Below are positions 27,743 through 38,076 of a stretch of DNA of 46,632 bases, piece by piece (position 1 is the first letter of the stretch; each line of letters opens with the position of its first letter). This stretch comes from a virus (lineage: Duplodnaviria; Caudoviricetes). Location: positions 1-46,632 of IMG/VR virus record IMGVR_UViG_3300037483_001822. The stretch is one strand, 5' to 3'. The translations under genes were made by a program, and so were the position numbers. A model generated the notes under the pieces. That model was not told the origin of the DNA. It did no database searches and saw only the letters and a list, made by a program, of their open reading frames with translations.

Positions 27743-27832
27743 CAAGCAGGGTAAGGCGGTTTACCGCTGGCAGTGGGGTCCGTGCTGCCGGCGGTACTTT
27801 TTCAACGGACGACAACGGATGAGGAATTTCGC

Positions 27833-28186
27833 ATGTCTTTGAAACTTGGCAAATCAACCATCGCCACCATGAGCGGCAAGGTTTCCATATTCGCTCCTGG
27901 CGACAATGGATCAAAAAAGAAAGTCGGAACCCTGAAGGTCACGGTGGAAGTGTTACCGCGCACCCAGTTCCTGGAAGTCACGCAGTCCAGTGCAAACGAC
28001 GGTGAAGTCGCGAAGCGGCTGGTAAAAAATATCGAAGCCGCTGATGACCAGACTGAAGCTGTTCTGTATACGCCGGAGTTGATGGATGAGATTTTCGAGA
28101 TTGACTGGCAGTTCAATCCGATTTTTGAGTTCGTGATGGCGGCCAACAACGAACAGCTCGGCAAGGCGCTCAAAAGAAAAAACTGA
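27833..28186 (+). CDS. Tail assembly chaperone (G)
   Basis: GAGG RBS; ends in slippery A AAA AAC (28177-28183). Confidence 0.85.
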   Translation: MSLKLGKSTIATMSGKVSIFAPGDNGSKKKVGTLKVTVEVLPRTQFLEVTQSSANDGEVAKRLVKNIEAADDQTEAVLYTPELMDEIFEIDWQFNPIFEFVMAANNEQLGKALKRKN

Positions 28187-28569
28187 TCGACATCGGCCGG
28201 CGCTGGGCGGGTCATGAGAAGCGAGAATCTGATTCTGCTGCTCATGCAGATATGGGCGTGGTGTTGGTCGATGCCAGCGGTACGCCGCTGCACCAGGTCT
28301 TTGAGGCCTATCCCGAAAACAGGGATGCAGAATCCCTGTTTTACATATGTTCAACGCAGTGGGAGCGCAATGCCATGACCGGCCAGCTCCTGTCGTTGCA
28401 CTACCCCGGCGTTGAAGCGGCCGCCCGCATGGCCGGGATCACAATTACTCCAGACCTGTTTTATGACCTCCGCTTGATTGAGCACGGGGCGATCGGTGCT
28501 GTTCCCGAGTTCCCCGAGCTGAAAGGGCTTGACCTGGTTCACATTGGATTTACTGAGCATGGCGAATAA
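28183..28569 (+). CDS. DUF1799-like chaperone extension (GT) via -1 frameshift
   Basis: -1 frame open from the slip site (LIDIGRRWAG...PEN..A..LF...TQW...L.Y...LRLIE.GA). Confidence 0.82.
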   Translation: MIDIGRRWAGHEKRESDSAAHADMGVVLVDASGTPLHQVFEAYPENRDAESLFYICSTQWERNAMTGQLLSLHYPGVEAAARMAGITITPDLFYDLRLIEHGAIGAVPEFPELKGLDLVHIGFTEHGE

Positions 28570-31500
28570 AACGATCCGGACTGGCATCCTGATAACAGGG
28601 GACGCGTCCGGTGCTGTGCGCCAAATAAAGCTCACAGAAGAAGAACTCGGGCGCCTTAATTCGGCCAAGGAAAAGTCGAAGAATCGCGCAAAGGATTTGA
28701 GCGATCAATGGGGTCAGTCCGCGAAACGCGCTTTGGCCTGGGGTGCTGCGATTTCCGGCGTAACTGCCGGAGCTGTAACGCACTTGATCATGAAGGCGAT
28801 CAATGCCCAGGACGAGCTGGGAAAAATGTCCCAGCGAGTTGGCGTTTCGGTAGAGTCGCTGGCTGGCCTGGATCATGCGGCCACGCTTTCCGGCACCAGT
28901 TTGGGTGCCGTTGAGAAGGCGCTGAAAACCGTCTCGGCGCAGATGCTGGATGCGCGCCGTGGTTTAAAAGCATCTCAGGAAAATTTTGACGCGCTTGGCA
29001 TATCCATCCTGGACTCCACCGGTGCGTTGAAATCTGCCGATAAGGTGATGATCGAAGTCGCGGACCAATTTGCCGCAATGGCTGATGGCACGGAAAAAAC
29101 AGCACTCGCAACCAAGCTCTTTGGCAAGTCCGGCCTTGAACTGATTCCAATGCTGAACGAGGGCAGTGCTGGGCTTGCAGCTTTGGTGGCAGAAGGTCAG
29201 CGGTTTAACCCCGTTACCAGCGAGTCCGCGAAACAAGCAGAAATATTCAACGACAACCTCGATCGTCTGAAAGGGTCTGTCTCTAGTCTGGCGGTGTCGA
29301 TCGTCAATTCCATGCTGCCTGCATTGGCAGAGTTTTCGGAAACTGCCATCAATTTCGTGCAGTCGGATGAGTTTGGGATGTGGCTGGACAGACTCGCTAT
29401 TGCCGCAGGGGCGCTGGCCATCGTCCTGGTGTCACGGGCATTGCCAGGCATGGCTGCTTATGTGGCAGCCACCAGCGCAGCGACCCTGGAATCAATTCGC
29501 TACCAGGCAGTACTTGCACGGATGGCGGGGCTGTCGACCACGGCGGCACTGGCGCAAACCGGATTGGCAACTGCAACTGGCGCCCTTAATAGTGCCTTGA
29601 TGCTGGTGGGCGGCCCTGTGGGCGCGCTCGTGCTTATCACAGCTGGTCTGGCGCTGATGATCAGTCGGATGGAGACGGCAAAGGAAAGCACTGCGCGGCT
29701 ACGCTCAGAGCTCGACAGCCTCAACCGGGAAGAGCTGGAAAAGGGAATTCGTCTCCAGGAAACGTATGTTCGCGGCATAGAGTTCCAGATCGAAAAACTG
29801 GAGCGTCAAGGTACAGCCCATGTCGCAGCAAGGAAAAAGCTCGCCGCACTGAACGCCGAACTTGAAGAGGGCCAGAAAGCCCTGCAGGAGCTGAGGCGCG
29901 GCATGCAGGGTGTTGAGGATCGCGAGTTCGACCAGCTGATCGACGACATGACAGAGGGCGCTGTGCTTTACGTTGGCGCATTCGCCCGAGCCGCGACGGC
30001 AACTGGCGTACTGAGTGATGCAGTGCAAACCGCCAGGGAAAAAGCGGAGGACTTGATCAGCTCACTGGGGGCGCAGCAGGCGCAGTTGTACATGACCGGC
30101 AAGGAGCAGGCGATTTTTGCAAACCTGCAAAAGGCTGGCGCCGACATTACCGATGGCCAGCGGGCGCGGATCATACAGCTGACCAATGATCTCTATGACA
30201 ACCAGCAGCAGATTGCTAGCAACGCAGCATCAGCCAAAGCGGCGGCCGAGACTATCGGGAAGGCGGCAAAAGACGTGGCGGACGCTCAGAACAAAGCGCT
30301 CGCGGACGTAGAAAAGGCAAGCGCGGATGCCGCCACCAAAGCGGCCGCAGACTGGTTGTTGTTCCGAAATTCAGTCTCAGACTCAATCGCCGACCTGGTT
30401 GTAAGCGGCGGGAACTTGTTCGACCAACTGGGCAAATCCTTCGAGCGCATGTTGGCCAAGATGGCGGGCGACCTGCTTGCCTCTGGCGTGCTGTCATTCC
30501 TGACTGGGCGGGGCGGGTTCAGCCTTGCCGGCACCCTGGCCGGCGCTGGCACGTCAGGGGCGATGACTTCGGCCCTGCTCACGAAATTTGCGCCAGGCCT
30601 AGCCACGTCTCTCGGCATCGGCGCAGCAGCAGCGCCCGCCGGCGCGCTGACCAGCTCCGCCTACCTCGCCATGATGCAGGGCGGTACCGGCACGGTGACT
30701 GCAACTGCAGGCGCGTCCGGCACTGGCATGCTTGCCGGCATCAAGGGTGCGCTCACGTCTATTCCGGGCTGGGGCTGGGCGCTCGCCGGCGCCGCCGCAT
30801 TAGCCATGATGTTCGACAAGAAGTCGACTCCATCCCACAACGCTGGCTTCCTCCTGCACGACCTTCCGAGCGTTTCCGCAGACCGCAAGTTCTCCGTGGA
30901 TCCCTTTGCCTCCGGCCTGTCGCCCGTTGGCTTTGCGCGCCGGTCAACCACAGCGGAGTCGCAGCAGGTCATCGACCTGTTCCGTGCGGTCGACGAGAGC
31001 ATCGTCAATATCGCCAAGAGCGCCGGCAAGACCATCAACGCTGCCGGCCTGCGCGGCTTCGCTGAGACCGGCCTCGGCAGTGGCATCTTCTTCGGCGCCG
31101 CTGGCGAAGACGGCCGGCCGGGGACGGCGATCGATCAGCAGATCAGCATGTACGCAGCCCAGCTGATCCAGTCGCTACGCGGTCAGGTCGCCGATACCGA
31201 CCTCGATCGCATTCTCAGTGCCGGCGGGGTGGATCAGATGTTGGGCGCGATGGAATCCGTGCTCGCAACTGCCTCGGAAGATCTGCAAAAAACCAGCCAG
31301 GATGTTGCGGAGGTTATTGACGGCCTGACTGATATTGTCGACATCGAGCAGCAGTTGGCCGAGACCCGCATGCGGCATCTGGAGAACTTCCAGAGCGGGC
31401 TGACTGCCGCTCGTGACTATTTGGCGGACATCGCAACCGAGCAAAACCGCCGCATTCAGGACCAGATGGCGGCAGCCCGCACACGTTACGACGACGAGAT

Positions 31501-32614
31501 GCGCCAGGCGGTGGCCTTACACGACATGCGGTATCGCCTGTTCCAGGGGCTGCAGTCGTACACATCGGGCCTGCGTTTGGGCGACATGTCAGGCCTTACT
31601 GGTGGCGAGCGCCTGGCGTTTGCACAGAGTCAATACCAGAGCCTGCTGGCCGCGGCGCGCGACACATCCCTGTCGATGGATGAGAGGCTCAAGGCGGCTG
31701 AGGAGTTTTCCGGCGCTGGCGATTCTCTCTTGCGGGCGTTCCGCGATCACAACGCGTCGGCCGGTTACAAGGGCGTGTTCGACCAGGTGCTGCAGGATGC
31801 TGAGTCACTCAAATTCTTGGGCACCAATAAACCGTTCGATGGCTCTGCGATCGAGAACGCCATGCTCCAAGAGCTGGAGCAACTGAACGACCAGGTCGGA
31901 GCGCTGCCGGACGGCATCGCGCAGCACATGGCGGGGGTAATGGGGCACCTGATCAATCAGGGCCTTTTGGCCGGCAAGACCAAGGAGTTTGTCGCCAACA
32001 CCATCACCGGCTTGGGACCTGGCGCGGTCGATGCGGCCAATCAGTATCTGGGCAGTATCGGCGCCGGATCGGTTGCCGATTACGCGACTTCTACCGACAA
32101 GATCAGACGCGCGGTTGCCGAGATACAGGCAATCCCGGGCATCAGCGAGTTCGACGCATTGTCCATGATGGTCGGGAAAGCCAAGGAGCTTGGGCTGTCG
32201 GCCATGTCCGTAGGTGACGCGCTCGGCATCAGCAACGCACAGGTGGCCGGAGCGCTGAGCAAATTCCGCATCCCGATGTTTGCCGACGGCGGCCGGCACA
32301 CCGGTGGCTGGCACGTCGTCGGTGAGCGCGGCCGCGAACTTCGGTACTCGGGTCCGGCCACGTATTTCAGCAACGCCGACACGGAGCGCATGCTCGCTGG
32401 CGCTGGCGCCGGCAACTCGGCAGATGTTGTCCAGGAGCTGAGGCAGCTGCGGGACGTGGTGGGCAAGCTCGTTTCCATCCAGCTGCAGCGGGCAGATTAC
32501 GACGGGCGGCAAATGGACGAACAGACCACACAGTTGCGCAGTATTAATGTGAACCTCAAATCCCGCCAGGGTGTAGGTTCTGGAGTGTACGAGCAGTATG
32601 TCAACGCCGCTTGA
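28559..32614 (+). CDS. Tape measure protein
   Basis: ~1,350 aa, Ala-rich helical; LFGKSG..LIPMLN; C-terminal FADGG..VGERGREL. Confidence 0.93.
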   Translation: MANKTIRTGILITGDASGAVRQIKLTEEELGRLNSAKEKSKNRAKDLSDQWGQSAKRALAWGAAISGVTAGAVTHLIMKAINAQDELGKMSQRVGVSVESLAGLDHAATLSGTSLGAVEKALKTVSAQMLDARRGLKASQENFDALGISILDSTGALKSADKVMIEVADQFAAMADGTEKTALATKLFGKSGLELIPMLNEGSAGLAALVAEGQRFNPVTSESAKQAEIFNDNLDRLKGSVSSLAVSIVNSMLPALAEFSETAINFVQSDEFGMWLDRLAIAAGALAIVLVSRALPGMAAYVAATSAATLESIRYQAVLARMAGLSTTAALAQTGLATATGALNSALMLVGGPVGALVLITAGLALMISRMETAKESTARLRSELDSLNREELEKGIRLQETYVRGIEFQIEKLERQGTAHVAARKKLAALNAELEEGQKALQELRRGMQGVEDREFDQLIDDMTEGAVLYVGAFARAATATGVLSDAVQTAREKAEDLISSLGAQQAQLYMTGKEQAIFANLQKAGADITDGQRARIIQLTNDLYDNQQQIASNAASAKAAAETIGKAAKDVADAQNKALADVEKASADAATKAAADWLLFRNSVSDSIADLVVSGGNLFDQLGKSFERMLAKMAGDLLASGVLSFLTGRGGFSLAGTLAGAGTSGAMTSALLTKFAPGLATSLGIGAAAAPAGALTSSAYLAMMQGGTGTVTATAGASGTGMLAGIKGALTSIPGWGWALAGAAALAMMFDKKSTPSHNAGFLLHDLPSVSADRKFSVDPFASGLSPVGFARRSTTAESQQVIDLFRAVDESIVNIAKSAGKTINAAGLRGFAETGLGSGIFFGAAGEDGRPGTAIDQQISMYAAQLIQSLRGQVADTDLDRILSAGGVDQMLGAMESVLATASEDLQKTSQDVAEVIDGLTDIVDIEQQLAETRMRHLENFQSGLTAARDYLADIATEQNRRIQDQMAAARTRYDDEMRQAVALHDMRYRLFQGLQSYTSGLRLGDMSGLTGGERLAFAQSQYQSLLAAARDTSLSMDERLKAAEEFSGAGDSLLRAFRDHNASAGYKGVFDQVLQDAESLKFLGTNKPFDGSAIENAMLQELEQLNDQVGALPDGIAQHMAGVMGHLINQGLLAGKTKEFVANTITGLGPGAVDAANQYLGSIGAGSVADYATSTDKIRRAVAEIQAIPGISEFDALSMMVGKAKELGLSAMSVGDALGISNAQVAGALSKFRIPMFADGGRHTGGWHVVGERGRELRYSGPATYFSNADTERMLAGAGAGNSADVVQELRQLRDVVGKLVSIQLQRADYDGRQMDEQTTQLRSINVNLKSRQGVGSGVYEQYVNAA

Positions 32615-34913
32615 GATTTTTCAGGAATGGGAAGACACCGGGCCCTTCGTGCACGTGATGATTATCGACCGTGGGGATGGAGCCGCATCAAAGCGACTGA
32701 CGCTGACCGACCGGCCCTATTACGACAAGGGCGTGTCAGGCGCGAAATATCACCACACCTATCCAGCGCCCATGCACTGCATCCTCAGCGATCTAGTCAC
32801 GGATGAGCGTATGAGCGGCTCTACGTTCGACGATATTGATCTGGCGAACACGCACGGGTTGCTCGACGACATCCTCAGCACCAGCAAAAACATCCTCGGC
32901 CGCCGGTTCGAGTGGAGGCGGGGGCATCCCGACTGGTCATTACTCGAAACTGACTTTCCCTACCGGTTTGTCACTATCGCGAAGGGTGTGATCGAGGATG
33001 TGCTGTTTGATCATGGCCGCGTCAGGCTGCGCTTGGCTCCGGTCAAGTATCGTCTAAATCGGCGACTGGGCAGCATCGATGCGCCCGTTGCCATCGGATG
33101 GGTGTACAACACGCCATTCACACTGGTCGATGCGGCGACGCGGAAATATCGGTGCAACACGTTGCCGATGATGGGCGCTGAGGATGTTGGGGAAGATTTT
33201 ATGCCTGTACGCGACCGCGGCGTGGTACTAAATCCTCCGTATGACATGGATCCTGAGTTTTCGATGATTTTAGAGGACGAGGACCTGGCGGAAGATGCCG
33301 GGGGCGTGTTCCGTGGCAAGATCCAACTTGTCCTCGCTCCAGAAGGGCAGCTTACCTGTGACCAGGGCAACGGCAATGCCGGCGATCTCGAAGGCAGCCT
33401 CATCAAACTGGCCCACAACTATCTCACCGAGGAGGCCAACCCTCCCGTCGCTGAGACGGACTTCTCGGCTTATCTGCAAACTTATGGACCATGCGTTGAG
33501 TACGGCGACAGCGGCAACAAGCTTTACACGCTGGAGAACGATGGGTCAAATTACTATTTGCACCAGTTCTCGCTGTCGACTGCTTATACTCCGGCAACCA
33601 AGACATACGAAAAAACCTATAACCTGAATTCGGCGCTGTCTGCACGATGCTATGCCTTCCGGTTTGGGAAAAATGGTGAGCGGCTATACGTGGCGGAAGA
33701 CCTTGATAATAGTCCTCCCATCCGGCAGCTGAACCTGTCATCTGCATGGGACATCGACACGATTGCGGACAGTGGGAAATCGTTTGCAATAGAGGATACC
33801 GGGAATGAAGATGCGGATGATTTTCTGGTGGTTGAGGACGGCACCAGGCTTATTTACCGAGGGGACGGTTTTCGGTACTACGAGCGAATTTTCGCCACCG
33901 CCTACGAAATCGACACTCTAGGCGCTGCGGTAAATACGGGTGTGCCTGTGGCGGACGCAATTGATATGTCCGCCGATGGCCGAAAATTTTACATGCTCCA
34001 AAAGCGCAGTGGGTCTGTTTTACAATTTCTGCTTGTCAATCCCTATTCGATCGCCACCAGGGTTAGTGCTGGCAGGGCGCTGATACATTTTTCGCACACC
34101 GTATACCCTGAGCTGGATAGCTACGCGTTCAGGGTTGCCGGTGACGGCAGCAGCGTGATGATTTCCCTGTCGTCCCTGTCGAGCCCAGGAAGAATCGCGC
34201 ATTTTACTGGGCTGAACAGCGGCGACTTGCCGGAAGAGAAAATTAAGGTATTGGGCCTTGTTCACTATCATGTCGGCGTGTTCTATAGCACCGAGGTTGA
34301 ATTAGGGCAAGTGATCACAGATATGACCAGTGGTCACGCGGCTGATTTTGCCGTGGATCGACTTGGTACGATATGCGTCATCAAGCGCGGGGTCCTTTCC
34401 TCCTTCGATGTATTTGATTTCTACGAATCGGATCTGATCGGCAACAATTACCAGGCTGCAGTTCGGCACGTGAGTACGACGCAGCCGGCGGAGAAGTTCA
34501 CGGTCAAATACCAGCGCAATTATTACCCACAATCCCTCGAGCAACTGGGCAGCAGTGTGTCGTTAGAGGATCGGGATGCATTCTCCCGGGAATATCGGGA
34601 TCTCGTGGATAACGTCAGTCTGTCCGGCTATGTGGACCCAGCGGAAATCGTACACACCGCCAATGTTCCTGACAGCATTGATGGGGTCGAGGCCGTGATG
34701 CTATCCCAGAAGTCGCTATATGGGCAGGTGCACAGGGTGGCGGAGGTGGATATAAATTTGCGCAGCACGAGCATTCTGTCCGGTTTCGGGCTGGGAATGA
34801 GGTTTCGCGCCAACTTTGACGCGGGACTGATCGCCAGTGGCGACCAACACCAGACTGTCGGCCGCCGGATAAATTGGTCGCAAGGCAAACAAACCGTTGC
34901 GGTGTTCAAATGA
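32598..34913 (+). CDS. Tail tip protein with central beta-propeller-like insert
   Basis: After TMP; repeated QFSLSTAY/QLNLSSAWDI/QFLLVNPYSI units. Confidence 0.7.
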   Translation: MSTPLEIFQEWEDTGPFVHVMIIDRGDGAASKRLTLTDRPYYDKGVSGAKYHHTYPAPMHCILSDLVTDERMSGSTFDDIDLANTHGLLDDILSTSKNILGRRFEWRRGHPDWSLLETDFPYRFVTIAKGVIEDVLFDHGRVRLRLAPVKYRLNRRLGSIDAPVAIGWVYNTPFTLVDAATRKYRCNTLPMMGAEDVGEDFMPVRDRGVVLNPPYDMDPEFSMILEDEDLAEDAGGVFRGKIQLVLAPEGQLTCDQGNGNAGDLEGSLIKLAHNYLTEEANPPVAETDFSAYLQTYGPCVEYGDSGNKLYTLENDGSNYYLHQFSLSTAYTPATKTYEKTYNLNSALSARCYAFRFGKNGERLYVAEDLDNSPPIRQLNLSSAWDIDTIADSGKSFAIEDTGNEDADDFLVVEDGTRLIYRGDGFRYYERIFATAYEIDTLGAAVNTGVPVADAIDMSADGRKFYMLQKRSGSVLQFLLVNPYSIATRVSAGRALIHFSHTVYPELDSYAFRVAGDGSSVMISLSSLSSPGRIAHFTGLNSGDLPEEKIKVLGLVHYHVGVFYSTEVELGQVITDMTSGHAADFAVDRLGTICVIKRGVLSSFDVFDFYESDLIGNNYQAAVRHVSTTQPAEKFTVKYQRNYYPQSLEQLGSSVSLEDRDAFSREYRDLVDNVSLSGYVDPAEIVHTANVPDSIDGVEAVMLSQKSLYGQVHRVAEVDINLRSTSILSGFGLGMRFRANFDAGLIASGDQHQTVGRRINWSQGKQTVAVFK

Positions 34914-35773
34914 GCGTGCCTGATCGATTCCACATTAGTTGGGTAAACGACCTGGCCAGCTACACTCTGGCGGCGGATGTGGCAGTGGAAACCGCCTACC
35001 CGCTGACAAACTGCCAGACCAAGCATGCCAATGCTTGGGCCACGCTCGACATGACCGGGGAGACCCAGGTGGTCATTACCTGGTCGAGCGCCATTGAGCG
35101 CGCCGCAACCTGTTTTGCCATGCACAACCATGACGCGCCCGATGGCACAACAATTTTGCTGGAGTTATTTCCCAATGAGACGCAGGGCGGTACCGAGTTG
35201 CTCGATCTCGATGCCGAGGATGTGATGCATAACATTCCCTTCGGTTCAGTCATCGCGGGATACGATCCTATCGAGGGCAATTTTGAGGACGACGGACATT
35301 TCAAAACCCACTTTTCCAAGTGGTTCGAAACTGTCACCTATAAGTCCGGGCGATTGACAATCACGAACCCGGGCGGCTTCACCGACAACAAACTGCGGAT
35401 CGATAAACTATGGCTCGGCTTCGCCTATTCACCGGTATCGGCGATCGCGAACAGCTGGGAGTCCGGCGGCATCGAGGACGGCGAGCACACACGTAAGCCT
35501 GGTGGCGGTATGGAGACGATCGAAGACTGTGTGAGGCGGTCGCTGCAATTGGAATTCCCCGCCATGACGCTGGAGAACAATGAGCGCCATGTGCTGCGCC
35601 ACATATTCGACCGGGCGAAAATGGGTGGTGACCTGCTCGTGACGCTGGATCCGAATGATGTCCGCAGCATGAATTACGAGACCACCAGCATCTACCGGCG
35701 AATGGGCGCTGTGAGATTCACGGCCGTCTATTACAACCGTAACCGCCTGGGTCTTGCCCTCGAGGAGAATTGA
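34910..35773 (+). CDS. Minor tail protein
   Basis: ATGA-coupled; within tail operon. Confidence 0.7.
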   Translation: MSVPDRFHISWVNDLASYTLAADVAVETAYPLTNCQTKHANAWATLDMTGETQVVITWSSAIERAATCFAMHNHDAPDGTTILLELFPNETQGGTELLDLDAEDVMHNIPFGSVIAGYDPIEGNFEDDGHFKTHFSKWFETVTYKSGRLTITNPGGFTDNKLRIDKLWLGFAYSPVSAIANSWESGGIEDGEHTRKPGGGMETIEDCVRRSLQLEFPAMTLENNERHVLRHIFDRAKMGGDLLVTLDPNDVRSMNYETTSIYRRMGAVRFTAVYYNRNRLGLALEEN

Positions 35774-36712
35774 ATGACGTTCAGCGTGGATCTGTCTGCA
35801 TATAATCTTGTGATCGGTGACACCAAGCAGCTGGTGGAAAAACACAACGCGGCGCTCGTTGCGATCCAGACCGCCGTGAACGCGGCCGGCTTGGGTATCG
35901 TCAATATCCTGGGATTCCACGACGCTTCGAGTGGATCCTATCCTGCCGCGCCGTCCGCCAACGACGGGTGGATAATCTCTGTCGCGGGAACGATCTCGGC
36001 GATCCCGTACAGCGTCGGCGACGTGATCGTGTACACGGGCAGTGCATGGGTGCTGGTCTTGCGCGTGTTTGACAGGACGAACCCTGGCGCGATCGGCGGC
36101 ACGACGCCGGGTACCATCACCGGCACGACGATCACCGGAACGGATACCACCGAGGCGACAAGCGCGACAGCCGCGGCAATGAAAACAGCCGGCGGGCTCG
36201 CAGTGGCGAAGAAGATTTATCCGGGCGACAACATCGTCATGGCGGCAGGCAAGGGCATGGATTTCGGCGCCAACGGCGCCGGAGATAGAGTGATGGATGA
36301 TTTCCAGCAGGAGCAAACTTATACCGTGACTGTCACAACTACAACCGGCACCGTCGCCCTCAATTCAACCAATAACAAACTTGCCTATCGCGTGTTGGGC
36401 AAAGAGGCTCGGATTCAGGGCCGCTTCCAGATCGACTCAGTGACCGGGCCGCCAACCGGCAATGCCCTTATTTCCCTGCCAATGGCCAGCGGCAATTTGT
36501 CCGGCCTTGCGGAACAAGCCATCGGGACCGTGTGGTTGTATAACATCACGGGCGGTGTGATCGTTGGCAAGGCCAGAATTGGCATTGGCGAGAGTTCGTC
36601 ATACATGCAAATAATTGATGAGCTCGAAGATGGAGGACTGAACACCTCCATCGCCGGGTTGTTTCAAGCCGGCACATATGTGTCGGTAGACATCAGTTAT
36701 TTTCGGAGTTGA
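35774..36712 (+). CDS. Tail fibre / receptor-binding protein
   Basis: G/T-rich; NPGAIGGTTP, AGGLAVAKKIY; followed by a chaperone. Confidence 0.8.
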   Translation: MTFSVDLSAYNLVIGDTKQLVEKHNAALVAIQTAVNAAGLGIVNILGFHDASSGSYPAAPSANDGWIISVAGTISAIPYSVGDVIVYTGSAWVLVLRVFDRTNPGAIGGTTPGTITGTTITGTDTTEATSATAAAMKTAGGLAVAKKIYPGDNIVMAAGKGMDFGANGAGDRVMDDFQQEQTYTVTVTTTTGTVALNSTNNKLAYRVLGKEARIQGRFQIDSVTGPPTGNALISLPMASGNLSGLAEQAIGTVWLYNITGGVIVGKARIGIGESSSYMQIIDELEDGGLNTSIAGLFQAGTYVSVDISYFRS

Positions 36713-36715
36713 TAA

Positions 36716-37417
36716 ATGAAAATTCAGTATTTGGCAAAAATAGGCCACCTAGAATTCCAGGATGCTGGCGACGCTGGAGTGATTGCGGCAGCCCACAATG
36801 GGATGCCGGCGAAAGACCCCGAGAGCTACTCAGGTCTTCCGAGAGCTGTCGCTATTGCCACGCGCACCCCTGAGATTGTGGCGACGCGAGCCACGACCGC
36901 GTACAAGAAGATGACGTTTTCTGACATCGACTGCATCGTGCGCGTGGATGGTGTTGAGTGCACGCCAGACAATGACGTGATCGCAGAGGCGATAGAACTG
37001 CAAGCCTTCTTCGACGCAATTTACGCATACGACAACGGGTACTATGCCGACCAGTGGGTACTCAAACAGGCTGGGGCGCCCGAGGCCGAGCAAGAGCCGG
37101 AAACGCCGCAGCAGATCAAGAGGCGGAAAAAGGCGTTGGCCAAGGAAAAGGCGGCAGCCGCCATCAAGTCGATCGGGGCCGACTATTCGGAGGAGGAGCA
37201 AAAGACGTGGTGGATCCAGTACATGGAGGCCCTGAACTACAGCGCGAATTCTGAATTTTCTACGCCGTTCCTGGACGGTGTCATCGAGGAAAACCCCACC
37301 AGGACCAAACAGGAACTGGTGGGCAGTATCCTCGCGAAGGCGGCACCCTGGGCAGCGCAGGCTGGTAGGGCCGTGGGGAAGCGGCAGAAAGAGATGGATG
37401 TCATCGATTCCCTGTAA
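36716..37417 (+). CDS. Tail fibre assembly chaperone-like protein
   Basis: YSEEEQKTW..Q..EA...TPFLD...LV..ILAKA...GKRQ C-terminal domain. Confidence 0.75.
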   Translation: MKIQYLAKIGHLEFQDAGDAGVIAAAHNGMPAKDPESYSGLPRAVAIATRTPEIVATRATTAYKKMTFSDIDCIVRVDGVECTPDNDVIAEAIELQAFFDAIYAYDNGYYADQWVLKQAGAPEAEQEPETPQQIKRRKKALAKEKAAAAIKSIGADYSEEEQKTWWIQYMEALNYSANSEFSTPFLDGVIEENPTRTKQELVGSILAKAAPWAAQAGRAVGKRQKEMDVIDSL

Positions 37418-37424
37418 TCAGGAA

Positions 37425-37964
37425 TCAGGGCAGTCCAACCGCCCGCTGCGCGCCGGCGATGTCGTCCTCGGTGAGCGATCGACAGTCGGGGTCGGATTGC
37501 ATGGCTGCCCCCTCGATGGAGGAGTGGCCGAGACCCAGAGCGTGCCCAACCTCATGAAGGAAAATGCAATCGAGCGGGCGGATATTGCTTAAGTTGAGAA
37601 CGATGTCGGCGCTGCCGATTGCTCGGCCCGCGAACTGCCAATATGTCCATCCTCTGACGTTCCGTGATTTGCCCAAGACCTGCCGAAAGTAAATTGAGTC
37701 ATGGCAGGTAACGCTGATGAATCTGTCTGCCCTGGCCGGCAAAGGCCCGTCCAGCCTAAACAGGCGTGCCTGAGGGACATGCTGGTTCCACTGCGCGATG
37801 GCCCACTCAACACCGGCCACTATCTCTGCGCCGCACAGGTCGGTGCTGATGTGTATTGACCGATTCGTTGCCGGCTGTGCTGCCTCTACTACCAAAGAGT
37901 AGGCATGCGCGGCCGTGGAAAAGGCGAGCAAGAAAAAGGGCAAAACGTTGCGAATCCGGCGCAT
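37425..37964 (-). CDS. Secreted matrixin (M10-like) zinc metalloprotease, moron
   Basis: Signal peptide MRRIRNVLPFFLLAFSTAAHA; HEVGHALGLGHS; Met-turn AAMQ; LTEDDIAGAQ. Confidence 0.88.
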   Translation of the reverse strand: MRRIRNVLPFFLLAFSTAAHAYSLVVEAAQPATNRSIHISTDLCGAEIVAGVEWAIAQWNQHVPQARLFRLDGPLPARADRFISVTCHDSIYFRQVLGKSRNVRGWTYWQFAGRAIGSADIVLNLSNIRPLDCIFLHEVGHALGLGHSSIEGAAMQSDPDCRSLTEDDIAGAQRAVGLP

Positions 37965-38022
37965 GGACAAATCCCTATATAGTTGACTGGTGTCAATTGT
38001 ATAGGTTTTTGTAATGCCGTTT

Positions 38023-38067
38023 CTGGGGGTCAAGTGGTCGTGGGTTCAAATCCCGCCACTCCGACCA
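38023..38067 (+). tRNA. 3' fragment of tRNA-Pro(GGG), putative attR (not a complete tRNA)
   Basis: CTGGGGG anticodon loop, TCAAG stem half, T-arm GTGGG-TTCAAAT-CCCGC, CACTCCG-ACCA; no 5' half upstream. Confidence 0.88.
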
Positions 38068-38076
38068 ATCCCCCAC

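Larger units (their letters stand above)
1..38067. mobile_element. Lambda-like temperate prophage integrated at tRNA-Pro(GGG); left end probably beyond the window
   Basis: Ordered int/xis, immunity, replication, Q, lysis, terminase, head and tail modules ending at a tRNA 3' fragment; host-type genes follow. Confidence 0.93.

Noticed and set aside
32598-37417. Second DGR target among tail genes
   Set aside because: No TR-like sequence or RVRAVR-type C-terminus seen by eye; an alignment search would confirm
37990-38067. Complete tRNA-Pro gene
   Set aside because: No acceptor 5' strand, D-arm or 5' anticodon stem upstream of 38023
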